Shown: positions 8,019 to 17,631, counted from the first letter of the stretch. The stretch: DNA of 32,000 nt from an uncultured Alphaproteobacteria bacterium (GCA_963931495.1 OZ007020.1:750001-782000); one strand, 5' to 3'. Notes: generated by a model from the sequence alone, not told the origin. Translations and numbers: made by a program.

Positions 8019-8086
8019 AGTACTGGCAATTATACACCAAAATACAACACAACGTCAAACCAAAGAATTATACCTGTCATGCACAC

Positions 8087-8139
8087 TTGACAAAAACATT
8101 GACAAAATACTTGACAAATATTATATTTAGGACAATAAT
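8087..8139 (+). promoter_or_regulatory. promoter region with three phased TTGACA boxes
   Basis: TTGACA occurs at 8087, 8099 and 8111, spaced 12 bp apart. The third box is followed after 17 nt by AATAAT (8134-8139). The second is followed after 17 nt by TATATT (8122-8127). AAGGGA lies before the ATG at 8173. Confidence 0.5.
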
Positions 8140-8172
8140 CTGTATTGAAAAAGCACAAAAAGGGATAGTAAC

Positions 8173-8949
8173 ATGTTCAAAGCACTGAAAATGAAATTTG
8201 CCGCATGGCGCATGAATCGTAAATCTGCATCACGTTCGCGTGCGCGCAAGACCAACAGCAAACGTAAAACGCCGTCATTCTGGGCACGTGTATGGAACGC
8301 AATTTGTGTGCCATTTCGTGCGATTTGGCGCGGGTGCAAACGTATGTGGGCATGGATTTGCGGAATAAACCTGGTTGGAATGGCAAACATTACATTGTTA
8401 TGTGCAATCATCGTATTATTTTCTGGGCTGATATTAAACATTGTCGGACGCAACCAACCAAACGTTGTTTTGGTTGCAAAAAATGACGTATCAAATATAA
8501 CCAGCACAAATGTAACCGTTAACCAGAATTCTGTTACACGAATTGTTCGTGATCGGCCAGCAACATTGCCAATCAAAATCAATCCAAAAACACGTACACT
8601 GGACAGCCGACCGATAAACGTTGCACACGTTACCCCAGATTATGTCGCAATTAACCAGACTGCGCGTCGTGGCAATGTAATGTATGGCGATGTAATTATT
8701 GACAGCCGTGGCGCCGCAGAAATGCTGAAATGCGGCGATGAAGTACATGGGAACCTGTATTTGCAAAATATGCGCAAATATACATTACCGTGCAATATAC
8801 GCATAGATGGTAATTTATTTCTGCGTGATGTTGGAATGTTACAGTTCTGTGGCGAATTCACAGTAACCGGAAATATATACGTAAATCCGCGTTCTTCGTT
8901 TGGGCCCCTGCCCCGGAATGCGCGTATTGGCGGGCAAGTCATTATATAA
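8173..8949 (+). CDS. hypothetical membrane-anchored protein with C-terminal 20-21-aa repeats
   Basis: The N-terminus is very basic and Trp-rich and is followed by one TM segment (ANITLLCAIIVLFSGLILNIV). The C-terminus has four or five repeats of G-[ND]-[LIV]-[YFI]-[LIV], each with a conserved Cys. I recognised no family. Confidence 0.55.
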   Translation: MFKALKMKFAAWRMNRKSASRSRARKTNSKRKTPSFWARVWNAICVPFRAIWRGCKRMWAWICGINLVGMANITLLCAIIVLFSGLILNIVGRNQPNVVLVAKNDVSNITSTNVTVNQNSVTRIVRDRPATLPIKINPKTRTLDSRPINVAHVTPDYVAINQTARRGNVMYGDVIIDSRGAAEMLKCGDEVHGNLYLQNMRKYTLPCNIRIDGNLFLRDVGMLQFCGEFTVTGNIYVNPRSSFGPLPRNARIGGQVII

Positions 8950-8976
8950 AATGTTTTCATACTCCCTGAAAAAAAA

Positions 8977-9005
8977 ACAGACTGCAATAACGCAGTCTGT
9001 TTTTT
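8977..9005 (+). terminator. Rho-independent terminator
   Basis: Stem acagactgc (8977-8985) pairs with gcagtctgt (8992-9000) around a 6-nt loop. TTTTT follows at 9001-9005. Confidence 0.75.
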
Positions 9006-9026
9006 ATAGATTTTTTACATAAAATA

Positions 9027-9035
9027 TGGTATAAT
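9027..9035 (+). promoter_or_regulatory. extended -10 promoter candidate (TGgTATAAT)
   Basis: TG at 9027-9028 and TATAAT at 9030-9035 lie about 27 nt upstream of AAAGGAAGAG and the ATG at 9063. There is no good -35 box. Confidence 0.4.
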
Positions 9036-9062
9036 TATTCCGTCCAAGTAAAAGGAAGAGAA

Positions 9063-9332
9063 ATGAATACATTTGAAAGAATTTTATCTGTATTTGGGAA
9101 AAATTTGGGGTATACAATCGTACTGGTTATTGCGGTTATATTCTTTGCGTTTTTCTCGGATGGGTTAATTTACGGTTTGATTACGGCATTCAGTGCGCTG
9201 GTTGCGTACACATGCTGTGTGATGCTGTATAAAGAATTCAAAAGTGAATTCGCACGTAAAAAGACTGTTTCTGCAACAGTAAAAAAAGCGGCGTCTGGAA
9301 AGACCGTAAAAAAGAAAACAAATAAAAAATAA
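9063..9332 (+). CDS. small hypothetical membrane protein with a Lys-rich tail
   Basis: The 89-aa product has two hydrophobic segments and a C-terminal KK-rich tail. It has a good SD (AAAGGAAGAG) and is bracketed by terminators on both sides. Confidence 0.5.
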   Translation: MNTFERILSVFGKNLGYTIVLVIAVIFFAFFSDGLIYGLITAFSALVAYTCCVMLYKEFKSEFARKKTVSATVKKAASGKTVKKKTNKK

Positions 9333-9350
9333 AATATATTTATTAAAAAA

Positions 9351-9377
9351 ACATCCCAATTTTTGGGATGTTTTTTT
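9351..9377. terminator. bidirectional Rho-independent terminator
   Basis: Stem acatccca (9351-9358) pairs with tgggatgt (9364-9371). An A-run lies upstream and a T-run downstream. The site lies between convergent genes (9063-9332 plus strand, secG minus strand). Confidence 0.75.
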
Positions 9378-9381
9378 ATCA

Positions 9382-9741
9382 CTATTCCGATACAGAATCC
9401 AATGCGTCGGATGCCCCGTCTGGGGTTGTATTACTGATTGGGCCAGACACTTCATTGGCCGCCTGTTCAACCAATTCTTGCCGCAAATTGCTTTGCTGTG
9501 ATGCCATATCGGACTTCGCCGATACCAACGCCAACGCCGCGCATAATATAAAAAATATCGTTGCCAATATTGCGGTCGCACGTGTCAGAAAATTTCCCGC
9601 CGCCGCACCAGTTAACGCCCCGCCAAACATAGATGCCGCCGATGAACCGGACATACCGCTGCCTTCGGACTTCTGTAACAAAATTATACCAATCATCAAA
9701 ACTGCGACGATTATCAATAAAACCAATAATATTGTAAACAT
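9382..9741 (-). CDS. secG: preprotein translocase subunit SecG
   Basis: The product reads MFTILLVLLIIVAVLMIGIILLQKSEGSGM, with a second TM segment and a low-complexity tail, which is the SecG pattern (LLQ..+G.G). I prefer the ATG at 9741, preceded by AAAGGG. The track's extension to 9795 adds no conserved sequence. Confidence 0.85.
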   Translation of the reverse strand: MFTILLVLLIIVAVLMIGIILLQKSEGSGMSGSSAASMFGGALTGAAAGNFLTRATAILATIFFILCAALALVSAKSDMASQQSNLRQELVEQAANEVSGPISNTTPDGASDALDSVSE

Positions 9742-9784
9742 TATAAAGACCCTTTGTTTGCGCTTAATTCTATATTCTGATACA

Positions 9785-10417
9785 TCAAATTGCAAGAATT
9801 TTCAATAACTGTTCGGCGGCGGCGGTACTGGCGGCTTTTTTTGACGACCCACTGGCCGTGGCGCTGTGCCCCATCGCCGATACCCGAACGTTAAACACCG
9901 GACTGTGCGATGCGCCGGTCGCAGACAAATATTCATATATCGGTAACGCACCGTTATCCATACGCTGTACAAATTCTTGCAATGCAGTTTTGGCATCTTT
10001 TGGAACGGATATTTCCGCAGCCGCCAAATCACGCCAAATGTCAACAATCACGTCCCGAGCAGCATTAAACCCGCCGTCCATAAATATGGCACCAAATACA
10101 GCCTCGGTCGCATCAGCGTACAGATTATCGTTCCGGCCCGCCGTCATGTGACCATGACGCACCATTTTATCAATACCAACCATTGCGGCAACATGTGCCA
10201 GTGTTTCTGTTGACACCAATACAGAATGACGACGCGCCAAATCGCCTTCGTTTTCGTTTGGAAACATTTCGTACAGCATTGCGGCAACCGCCAAACCCAA
10301 TACGCGATCACCAATAAATTCCAAACGTTCGTTGTTATGTTTAGCGTTTACACCACTTTGTGTTAAGGCTAAATTCAACAGTTCTGGATTCTGAAATTCA
10401 TATTTTAATTTTATCAA
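9785..10417 (-). CDS. rnc: ribonuclease III
   Basis: The RNase III signature NERLEFIGDRVL is present, with a C-terminal dsRBD-like region. The TTG start lies 1 nt after the lepB stop, giving the classic lepB-rnc linkage. Confidence 0.95.
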   Translation of the reverse strand: MIKLKYEFQNPELLNLALTQSGVNAKHNNERLEFIGDRVLGLAVAAMLYEMFPNENEGDLARRHSVLVSTETLAHVAAMVGIDKMVRHGHMTAGRNDNLYADATEAVFGAIFMDGGFNAARDVIVDIWRDLAAAEISVPKDAKTALQEFVQRMDNGALPIYEYLSATGASHSPVFNVRVSAMGHSATASGSSKKAASTAAAEQLLKILAI

Positions 10418-10418
10418 T

Positions 10419-11315
10419 TTATTTTATCCCCATACCAAATCTGTCCCAGCGCATCTTGTCACCCCAATTCCAAACCGCCAGCATTGGTGAATAATAGTTA
10501 TGTGAATACCATATAAACCATGCCGGCCCCAATACATTATCACGCGGAACATAACCAATATCAGCACGGCTGTCGCCACTGTTATCACGATTATCGCCCA
10601 TAAAGAAATAATGATTTTCTGGCACAGTGAACATCATTGTATCATCAAAACGGGCATTGTCAGACATTTCAATTATACTGTGCTGAACCCCGTTGGGCAG
10701 CGTTTCTGTGTATTCTGTTGCTTCAAAAACACCGCACGCCCACGCGTTTGCACGACAAAAATCATCATCTTTGTATTCAATGGTGTAATTAAATTCCGCC
10801 GGCTGGTTATCAACCCATATTTTGTTGCCCTGTATCATCATATTTTTTTCTGTATCATGGTACCCCGCGCGACGCAGCGATTTCGGCAAATTCGCAACAA
10901 TATACGGACGCGGATTATCACGTGGCACCATTTCACCATTTATATACAACCGCCCGGCAATCATCTGGATTGTGTCACCCGGTTTGCCAATTAAACGTTT
11001 AATATAATCCTGGGACTCATTAATAGGATTGCGGAATACCACAACGTCACCAACATCTGGTTCCCCGCCCCAAAAACGCCCGTTCCACAAGTGCCACGAA
11101 CCAAACGGAAAAGAATAGCGCGAATACCCATACGCCCATTTTTGGACAAATATGTGATCACCAACATGCAATGTCGGTATCATTGACCCCGATGGTATAT
11201 TAAATGGTTCCAACAAAAAACTGCGGAACGCAATCGCAATCAACGCACCATAAAAAATCGTATTAAACCAATCACGCGCAACATTTGATTTCTTTTTAGC
11301 CGGCATAATTTTCAT
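10419..11315 (-). CDS. lepB: signal peptidase I
   Basis: The product has an N-terminal TM segment, the catalytic Ser box SGSMIPTL, and the GDNRDNSGDSR box. The start may be the second ATG at 11306, which is better spaced from AAGGG. Confidence 0.95.
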   Translation of the reverse strand: MKIMPAKKKSNVARDWFNTIFYGALIAIAFRSFLLEPFNIPSGSMIPTLHVGDHIFVQKWAYGYSRYSFPFGSWHLWNGRFWGGEPDVGDVVVFRNPINESQDYIKRLIGKPGDTIQMIAGRLYINGEMVPRDNPRPYIVANLPKSLRRAGYHDTEKNMMIQGNKIWVDNQPAEFNYTIEYKDDDFCRANAWACGVFEATEYTETLPNGVQHSIIEMSDNARFDDTMMFTVPENHYFFMGDNRDNSGDSRADIGYVPRDNVLGPAWFIWYSHNYYSPMLAVWNWGDKMRWDRFGMGIK

Positions 11316-11340
11316 CCCCTTGTTCGGGGTATTTTATAAC

Positions 11341-11369
11341 TTGAATTGATGTTGCGCAAGTTTTAATAT
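11341..11369 (+). promoter_or_regulatory. sigma-70-type promoter candidate for comM, probably leaderless
   Basis: TTGAAT (11341-11346) is followed by a 17-nt spacer and TAATAT (11364-11369). The ATG at 11376 lies only 6 nt downstream and has no SD. Confidence 0.4.
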
Positions 11370-11375
11370 GCAAAT

Positions 11376-12896
11376 ATGATTTCTTTGAATTCAATCATAT
11401 TTAATGGAATGGATGCAACGCCAATTGATGTCCAGGTTCAATTGTCAGCGGGGTTGGCAAAGCCGGAATTTAACATCATCGGATTGGCTGATCGTGCGGT
11501 CAAAGAATCCGCAGAAAGAATACGAAACGTGTTGTCTGCATTGAACATGTCACTGCCGCCAAAGCGGTTAACTGTAAACTTATCGCCCGCCGATGTTGAA
11601 AAAAGCGGTTCACATTTTGACCTGCCTATTCTGTGTGGAATTTTATGTGCGATTGGCGTGCTGCCTGAAAATGAATTAAGTAAATATATTATCACAGGCG
11701 AAGTCGGACTGAACGGCGCCATACTGAAAACAGACGGCGTTTTACCGGCCAGTGTTTGGGCCAACCAGCATAATATGGGAATTATCTGTCCTGGCGACCA
11801 AGGGACCGAGGCACGATGGGCCGGACACACAAATATTCTGGCACCGTTTCATGTACTGGAATTAATAAATCACTTCAAAGGAACACAAATTTTACCACTG
11901 CCGGATATGGCCACGCCAATTAATGATAATGTGACCAATATTGATATGGCCGAAGTACATGGCCAAGCGGCCGCAAAACGCGCACTGGAAATCGCGGCGG
12001 CGGGCGGGCATGCAATGTTAATGGTTGGGCCACCGGGGTCGGGGAAAACAATGCTGGCATCGCGATTGCCAACAATTTTGCCCGAAATGACCCCAGATGA
12101 AATTTTGGAAACATCTGTTATTTATTCAATTGCCGGCCAATTAAACGGACGTTCGTTGGTGACACATCGCCCATTTCGCAGTGTTCATCATACGTCCAGC
12201 GCGGTATCGTTGGCAGGTGGCGGTGCCGATGCACGACCGGGTGAAATATCATTGGCGCATAATGGTGTTTTGTTTTTAGACGAATTGCCTGAATTCAATC
12301 GGGCAACACTGGAAATACTGCGTCAACCGATGGAGGCTGGCAAAATCATGATTGCACGCGCACGACGAACGGCGGTATATCCCGCACGTTTCCAGTTAAT
12401 TGCCGCAATGAATCCGTGTCCGTGTGGGCACCTGGGGAATGCCGCGTTGTCGTGTTCACGCGCGCCACGATGTGCCGAAGCATATCAAAACAAAATTTCT
12501 GGGCCATTGCTGGACAGGATTGATTTACACGTTGATGTTGATCCAGTAAATCCATGGGACATGAATAAAAACGATTCTGGACCTGTTGAAACATCGGCAC
12601 AAATTCGCGCACGTGTCGTTGCGGCACGTGAACGGCAAATTGCACGCCAGGGAAAACCAAACGCATATCTGGATGGGGCCGAATTGGATAATCACGCCAA
12701 ACTGTCCGATGAATTAACAAATTTTCTGAACAGTGCGGCCGAAAAAATGGGAATGTCGGCACGTGGATATAATCGTATCAGACGCATCGCACGCACAATT
12801 GCCGACTTGCGTGGATGCCCAGATATTGAAATGCCGGATATTGCCGAAGCACTGTCTTATCGTCCAATAAATCGTGGTAAGTATGGCGTAAAATAA
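11376..12896 (+). CDS. comM: YifB/ComM family Mg-chelatase-like ATPase
   Basis: The N-terminal Lon-protease-like domain reads GL......IVGLADRAVKES.ERI. Walker A is GPPGSGKT, followed by GVLFLDELPEF and a C-terminal helix-turn-helix-like region. Confidence 0.9.
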   Translation: MISLNSIIFNGMDATPIDVQVQLSAGLAKPEFNIIGLADRAVKESAERIRNVLSALNMSLPPKRLTVNLSPADVEKSGSHFDLPILCGILCAIGVLPENELSKYIITGEVGLNGAILKTDGVLPASVWANQHNMGIICPGDQGTEARWAGHTNILAPFHVLELINHFKGTQILPLPDMATPINDNVTNIDMAEVHGQAAAKRALEIAAAGGHAMLMVGPPGSGKTMLASRLPTILPEMTPDEILETSVIYSIAGQLNGRSLVTHRPFRSVHHTSSAVSLAGGGADARPGEISLAHNGVLFLDELPEFNRATLEILRQPMEAGKIMIARARRTAVYPARFQLIAAMNPCPCGHLGNAALSCSRAPRCAEAYQNKISGPLLDRIDLHVDVDPVNPWDMNKNDSGPVETSAQIRARVVAARERQIARQGKPNAYLDGAELDNHAKLSDELTNFLNSAAEKMGMSARGYNRIRRIARTIADLRGCPDIEMPDIAEALSYRPINRGKYGVK

Positions 12897-12915
12897 AAAC
12901 CCGTCATCCGACGGG
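12895..12915 (-). terminator. terminator hairpin between convergent comM and the OMP gene
   Basis: Stem cccgtc (12900-12905) pairs with gacggg (12910-12915) around a 4-nt loop. The T-run is present only in the minus-strand sense (plus A-run 12895-12899). Confidence 0.55.
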
Positions 12916-12920
12916 CAAAG

Positions 12921-13916
12921 TTAAAATTCAAACCGAATACCCAGCATTAATGTTGCATATATTGTATTATTCGCGCTGAACCAATCGCGATGCACAGAAC
13001 CGTCGGCATTTGTCAACGTCCATTTTATTGTCGGAACATACGCAACGCGTGCGCCGATATCAAAGAACAATGAATCTGTTATCCCATATGACAGGCCCAA
13101 CGCCGCCAATACCGCGATATTTGGATTATCTGTTTCAGATTGATAGAAATTTATTACCGATAATTCCGGTTTGTCCTCCAAACGTTGGCCAAATTCATCC
13201 AAATATGTTGAAGATAAATCACCATACGGGTCACTTAAATTCAACACTGTTTTTACATCTGCGTATCCAACACCCAACCCGACATATGGTATCACAGTGC
13301 GCGCAGGTTTTTGAATACCATCATAAAAATCATAATATGCCATTACACTGATTATATCCGTGGATACCGTTGATTTTACATCGCCACTGGGGACCAATGC
13401 AATCAATCCCGCCGCCGGGCCGCCAAACAGTTCTGCTTCGCCTTCTAAAAATGGGGATGAATTATATTGCGATTCGGCAATATGGTCCCATCCGGCTTCA
13501 ATCCGCCATTGGGGTGAATATGGGATTGTCCAACCCAAACTGACCCCCGCCGCCACAGAAAATGATTCAAAATTCTTGGTTGGTGATAAATCGCCAACAT
13601 TGATATATCCGGCCGCAGTATATCCAACACACGCTTCGGGATTAGAACCCATTATACACTGTTCATATGCCAATTGCGGCATGATATTCGTCTGGTTCGC
13701 ATCAATGTAATACAGCGGGGTTAATTCACCAATATCATTTTGAATTACCCCATATCCAAAAGATGCGCCACCACGAAAAGATATGGTAAAGCGACTGCCA
13801 TCATCGGTATATGCACCATCACCAACATAATATCCGGAATATTCCCAATTTGCATACGCTGGTACAGCCGCAAAACAAGACAACAGTGATAAAAACAACA
13901 GGTTCCTACATTTCAT
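12921..13916 (-). CDS. outer-membrane beta-barrel protein (porin-like, family unassigned)
   Basis: The signal peptide is MKCRNLLFLSLLSCFAAVPAYA. The sequence alternates Gly/aromatic-rich strands and ends in an OMP-type C-terminus, LGIRFEF. Confidence 0.6.
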   Translation of the reverse strand: MKCRNLLFLSLLSCFAAVPAYANWEYSGYYVGDGAYTDDGSRFTISFRGGASFGYGVIQNDIGELTPLYYIDANQTNIMPQLAYEQCIMGSNPEACVGYTAAGYINVGDLSPTKNFESFSVAAGVSLGWTIPYSPQWRIEAGWDHIAESQYNSSPFLEGEAELFGGPAAGLIALVPSGDVKSTVSTDIISVMAYYDFYDGIQKPARTVIPYVGLGVGYADVKTVLNLSDPYGDLSSTYLDEFGQRLEDKPELSVINFYQSETDNPNIAVLAALGLSYGITDSLFFDIGARVAYVPTIKWTLTNADGSVHRDWFSANNTIYATLMLGIRFEF

Positions 13917-13971
13917 ATCCTGTATTATATCATAAAATCAATGCTAATAAAAACAGATTTTATTGGTTATT

Positions 13972-15762
13972 TTATTCCTGTAAAAAACCACCAGATTGCA
14001 TTTTCCACAACCGCGCATATTCCCCGCGCCGCCGCAGTAATTGATTGTGTGTTCCCTGCTCTATTATTTGGCCATTTTGCAACACAACAATTTTCGTCAT
14101 ATTACGCAGCGTTGACAATCTGTGTGCAATGGCGACGGTTGTGCGCCCACGCGCCAATTCATCAAAAGATTTTTGAATTGCAATTTCCGTTTCACTGTCC
14201 AGTGCGGATGTAGCCTCGTCCAAGACCACAATTGGTGCATCTTTTAAGAAAGCCCGTGCGATTGCTATGCGTTGTTTCTGACCGCCGGATAATTTTATAC
14301 CACGGTCGCCAACCATGGAATCATATTTCTTTTCAGTTCCCATGATAAAATCATGCGCCGCTGCACGATGCGCCGCATCACGAATCTGCTTGTCCGTGGC
14401 ACCCGGTTTGCCGTATTCAATATTTTCACGAATTGTGCGATTGAACAATGTTGGTTCTTGGGGAATAAATGCGATACTGCGACGCAAAGAATCCTGGGTT
14501 ATAGTCTTTATATCTTGCCCATCAATTAAAATTTCGCCACGCGTTGGGTCGTAAAACCGCATCAATAAATGCACCAGTGTTGATTTACCCGCACCGGATG
14601 GTCCAACCAACCCGACCCGTTCGCCTGGTTTTATCGTTAAATTAAAATCGCGCAAAACCCATTTACGTTTATATTTGAACCATACGTTTTTGAATTCTAT
14701 CTTGCCATGTGACACAACCAAATCAGGTGCATTTTCCACGTCGCGCACAGCCAATTCCACATTTAATTCATCATACGATTTTTTCGCGCTGCCCAATTTT
14801 TCAACTACATCTGGGATTTGTCCGATAATGCGCGATATCATTCCCATAACATTAAAGAACACAGACATCGTAAATACTATTTCGGATATCAATATATTGC
14901 CTTTGGAAAACAAAATCACGCACAGCAACATAGTCAGCCCAAACGCAATATCCCACACAAAATTCGGCAATCCCCAAAACCAGCGTTGAATAAAGAACGA
15001 ATAAATGCGTGTGGTAATTGTCTTTTTACGTGCAGGCTTCAAATATTCGCGTTCGGCATCCGCCGCGGCAAATAATTTCACAACTGAATAATTTGAAATA
15101 CTATCCACAATTTTACCGGACAGCGAACTGTTTTCTTCACTGGCGGTTTTGGCAGAATTACTCATCGGTTTCATTAAAGCCAAACCATATATCAATCTGA
15201 ATACAAAAACAGCTGCAAATATCAATGCAACATACGAATTTATTTCCAATACCAATCCCACATTTATCAAAATCATCGCAATGGAACCGAATATTTCCAA
15301 GAAATTCATAATAACCGTGAATCCGGTTGATACATAGTTAATCTGGGAATTTATTTTTCCCGCCATGCGCCCGGTCCAAAAAGACATAGACTGATGCTGG
15401 ACAAAATCGTTCAATACATCAGATATTTGATTTGATATTATCGGTTGCCAACGACCGTGTAACATGCCGCGTAAAATCAAGCAAGTATCCCACAGTATAA
15501 ACAGTCCTGTGATAAATAAAATCGTCGGCAATGCAAACTCAACAAAACCAACGCCCGCCGGTGGTGTTTGTTCAAATAATGCAATAAACCAACGCTGATA
15601 ATTTGGGAACAACACAGCGTCTGACATAACACACATGAACAATACCGCATAACCAATCATCAACGGCCAATGGCCGCGCATTGCATATTTGAAATAAAAC
15701 TTCCATAAAGATTTTGGTAATTTTTTAGCATAATCGTACGACATAACATGCCAACTGTACAA
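13972..15762 (-). CDS. ABC exporter, fused permease and ATPase (MsbA-like type)
   Basis: An N-terminal multi-TM domain is followed by Walker A GPSGAGKST, the signature LSGGQKQR and Walker B IVVLDEATS. The start is either TTG 15762 or ATG 15744. Confidence 0.9.
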   Translation of the reverse strand: MYSWHVMSYDYAKKLPKSLWKFYFKYAMRGHWPLMIGYAVLFMCVMSDAVLFPNYQRWFIALFEQTPPAGVGFVEFALPTILFITGLFILWDTCLILRGMLHGRWQPIISNQISDVLNDFVQHQSMSFWTGRMAGKINSQINYVSTGFTVIMNFLEIFGSIAMILINVGLVLEINSYVALIFAAVFVFRLIYGLALMKPMSNSAKTASEENSSLSGKIVDSISNYSVVKLFAAADAEREYLKPARKKTITTRIYSFFIQRWFWGLPNFVWDIAFGLTMLLCVILFSKGNILISEIVFTMSVFFNVMGMISRIIGQIPDVVEKLGSAKKSYDELNVELAVRDVENAPDLVVSHGKIEFKNVWFKYKRKWVLRDFNLTIKPGERVGLVGPSGAGKSTLVHLLMRFYDPTRGEILIDGQDIKTITQDSLRRSIAFIPQEPTLFNRTIRENIEYGKPGATDKQIRDAAHRAAAHDFIMGTEKKYDSMVGDRGIKLSGGQKQRIAIARAFLKDAPIVVLDEATSALDSETEIAIQKSFDELARGRTTVAIAHRLSTLRNMTKIVVLQNGQIIEQGTHNQLLRRRGEYARLWKMQSGGFLQE

Positions 15763-15787
15763 AAATAGAAAAATCCATTCAAGCGAT

Positions 15788-17563
15788 TTATTTCACAATT
15801 TCATGGAAAATCGTGGCCGGAATTGTGCCACCGGTAATCTTTGATGACATCGGGGTAAAATCATCATTACCCGTCCACACACCGATGACTAAATTATCTT
15901 TTGCGCCAACGAACCATGCATCACGATTATCATTGCTGGTACCCGTCTTGCCGCCCAAGACGCCTGGGGCCATTGCGCGATGTCCTGTACCTGCGGGGCG
16001 AACCACGTCTGCCAATAACTGGGTCATGTATTCAACTGTTTGTGGCATTAAAATCTGTAACGGTTCGGATGGATTGCGTTCGTATATTACATTGCCGTAC
16101 GGGTCTGTGATTTTCGTAATTGAATATGGGCGCACAGAATATCCATCATTCCAAATAACCGCATATATCGTTGTCAAATCCAACAACGACATTTCAGACG
16201 CACCCAATACAGTTGAATATTCACGGCGCAACTTATTACCAACGCCCAAACGTCCCGCCATATTCAATACAGAATCAATGCCAAATGTTTCTGTCAATTT
16301 TACCGGCACAGAATTTACAGATTTTGCAAATGCAGTTGCCAATGTTATATCGCCATAGTATTTGTTGTTATAATTTTTTGGTGAATAGTCGCCAACTGTG
16401 AACGGCGAATCATTAACATAACTGTCGGGGGTCATGCCGTTTTCTAACGCCACCAGATACACAACAGGTTTAAACGAACTGCCGGGTTGACGCAGTGCCA
16501 ATGCACGATTAAATTGACTTTCTTGATAATCAGTACCACCAACCATCGCACGCACCGCGCCACCCGTATCCATGACGACGGCCGCCCCCTGGTACGTGCC
16601 GACATGCTGGGGCAAAATTGCGGCAATATTATCCTGTAAATTCATGTCCAGTGTTGTGTAAACGTACATATCAGAATCAAACGAACCGATTGTTGATTGC
16701 ACTTCATCCAAAACAAAATCTGTCCAGTAACGATATATGTTTGTATTTGGGGCCGGCGTCGCAGGCGCCAATTGGCGCGCCGCAATACGTGCCTGGTTCA
16801 ACGATATGTAACCTTGGCGTACCATTTCTTGTAATATAACGCGGGCACGCGCAATATTTTTATCCGGATGCAACAATGGACTGTATGCAGTTGGTGCCTT
16901 TAACATTGCGGCGATTTGCGCCGCCTGGGCAATGGTCATTTTATTTGCCGGTGTTTGAAACATTACACGTGACGCCGCATCAATACCGCGCAGTCCACCA
17001 ACCAATGACACACGATTCATATACAGGTCCAGTATCTGATTTTTATTAAACCGATTTTCCAACCAGTATGATAAAATCAGTTCTTGAACCTTGCGCGAAA
17101 TCTTTTTTTCACGGGATAAAAATATATTTTTTGCCGTTTGCTGGGTAATCGTGGATCCGCCCGCCGCCAACCGACCATGTGCCAAGTTAGACATCATCGC
17201 ACGCGCAATGGCACGAATTTCAATCGGGCCATGTTCAAAGAAACGTTTATCTTCAATTGCGACAATTGCCTGCCATACATATGGGGGCAACGTTTCCACC
17301 GATACAGGCGTGCCCATTATACGATTTGATGAACGAATTTCATTCCCATTCATATCCATAAACACAACCGCCGCCGGACGCGTTTCGTGTAAAATCGCAT
17401 CCAGTGATGGCATCTGTAAAAAGATTACGACAACGTATATCGCAACCCCAACCAAAAACAGCATAAATAAATTAATCAGCCACACAATCAACCGTACCCC
17501 ACGTGACGGCGATTTACGCGTTGCATCAGACGTGCGCACATGATTGTTTTTTGATTTATGCAT
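15788..17563 (-). CDS. mrcA: class A penicillin-binding protein (glycosyltransferase plus transpeptidase), compact form
   Basis: GT51 motifs are EDKRFFEH, GGSTITQQ and RKVQE. Transpeptidase motifs are SSFKP, SVN and KTGTS. An N-terminal TM anchor is present. Confidence 0.9.
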   Translation of the reverse strand: MHKSKNNHVRTSDATRKSPSRGVRLIVWLINLFMLFLVGVAIYVVVIFLQMPSLDAILHETRPAAVVFMDMNGNEIRSSNRIMGTPVSVETLPPYVWQAIVAIEDKRFFEHGPIEIRAIARAMMSNLAHGRLAAGGSTITQQTAKNIFLSREKKISRKVQELILSYWLENRFNKNQILDLYMNRVSLVGGLRGIDAASRVMFQTPANKMTIAQAAQIAAMLKAPTAYSPLLHPDKNIARARVILQEMVRQGYISLNQARIAARQLAPATPAPNTNIYRYWTDFVLDEVQSTIGSFDSDMYVYTTLDMNLQDNIAAILPQHVGTYQGAAVVMDTGGAVRAMVGGTDYQESQFNRALALRQPGSSFKPVVYLVALENGMTPDSYVNDSPFTVGDYSPKNYNNKYYGDITLATAFAKSVNSVPVKLTETFGIDSVLNMAGRLGVGNKLRREYSTVLGASEMSLLDLTTIYAVIWNDGYSVRPYSITKITDPYGNVIYERNPSEPLQILMPQTVEYMTQLLADVVRPAGTGHRAMAPGVLGGKTGTSNDNRDAWFVGAKDNLVIGVWTGNDDFTPMSSKITGGTIPATIFHEIVK

Positions 17564-17601
17564 ATATGAATATCCTGTGATGGAATTATATCACAAACGG
17601 C

Positions 17602-17631
17602 TTGCCTTTTTCCATAAATTAAAATTATAAT
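17602..17631 (+). promoter_or_regulatory. sigma-70-type promoter candidate for the small OMP gene
   Basis: TTGCCT (17602-17607) is followed by an 18-nt spacer and TATAAT (17626-17631). AAAGGA lies 8 nt before the ATG at 17659. Confidence 0.5.

Noticed and set aside
9368-9808. 146-aa plus-strand ORF
   Set aside because: It is antisense to secG, whose frame carries the SecG motif. It begins inside the bidirectional terminator.
17576-17595. Palindrome TGTGAT-N8-ATCACA in the PBP/OMP divergent region as a CRP-type site
   Set aside because: The half-sites TGTGA and TCACA are separated by 10 nt, not the 6 nt of the CRP consensus. It is a single occurrence with no supporting context.
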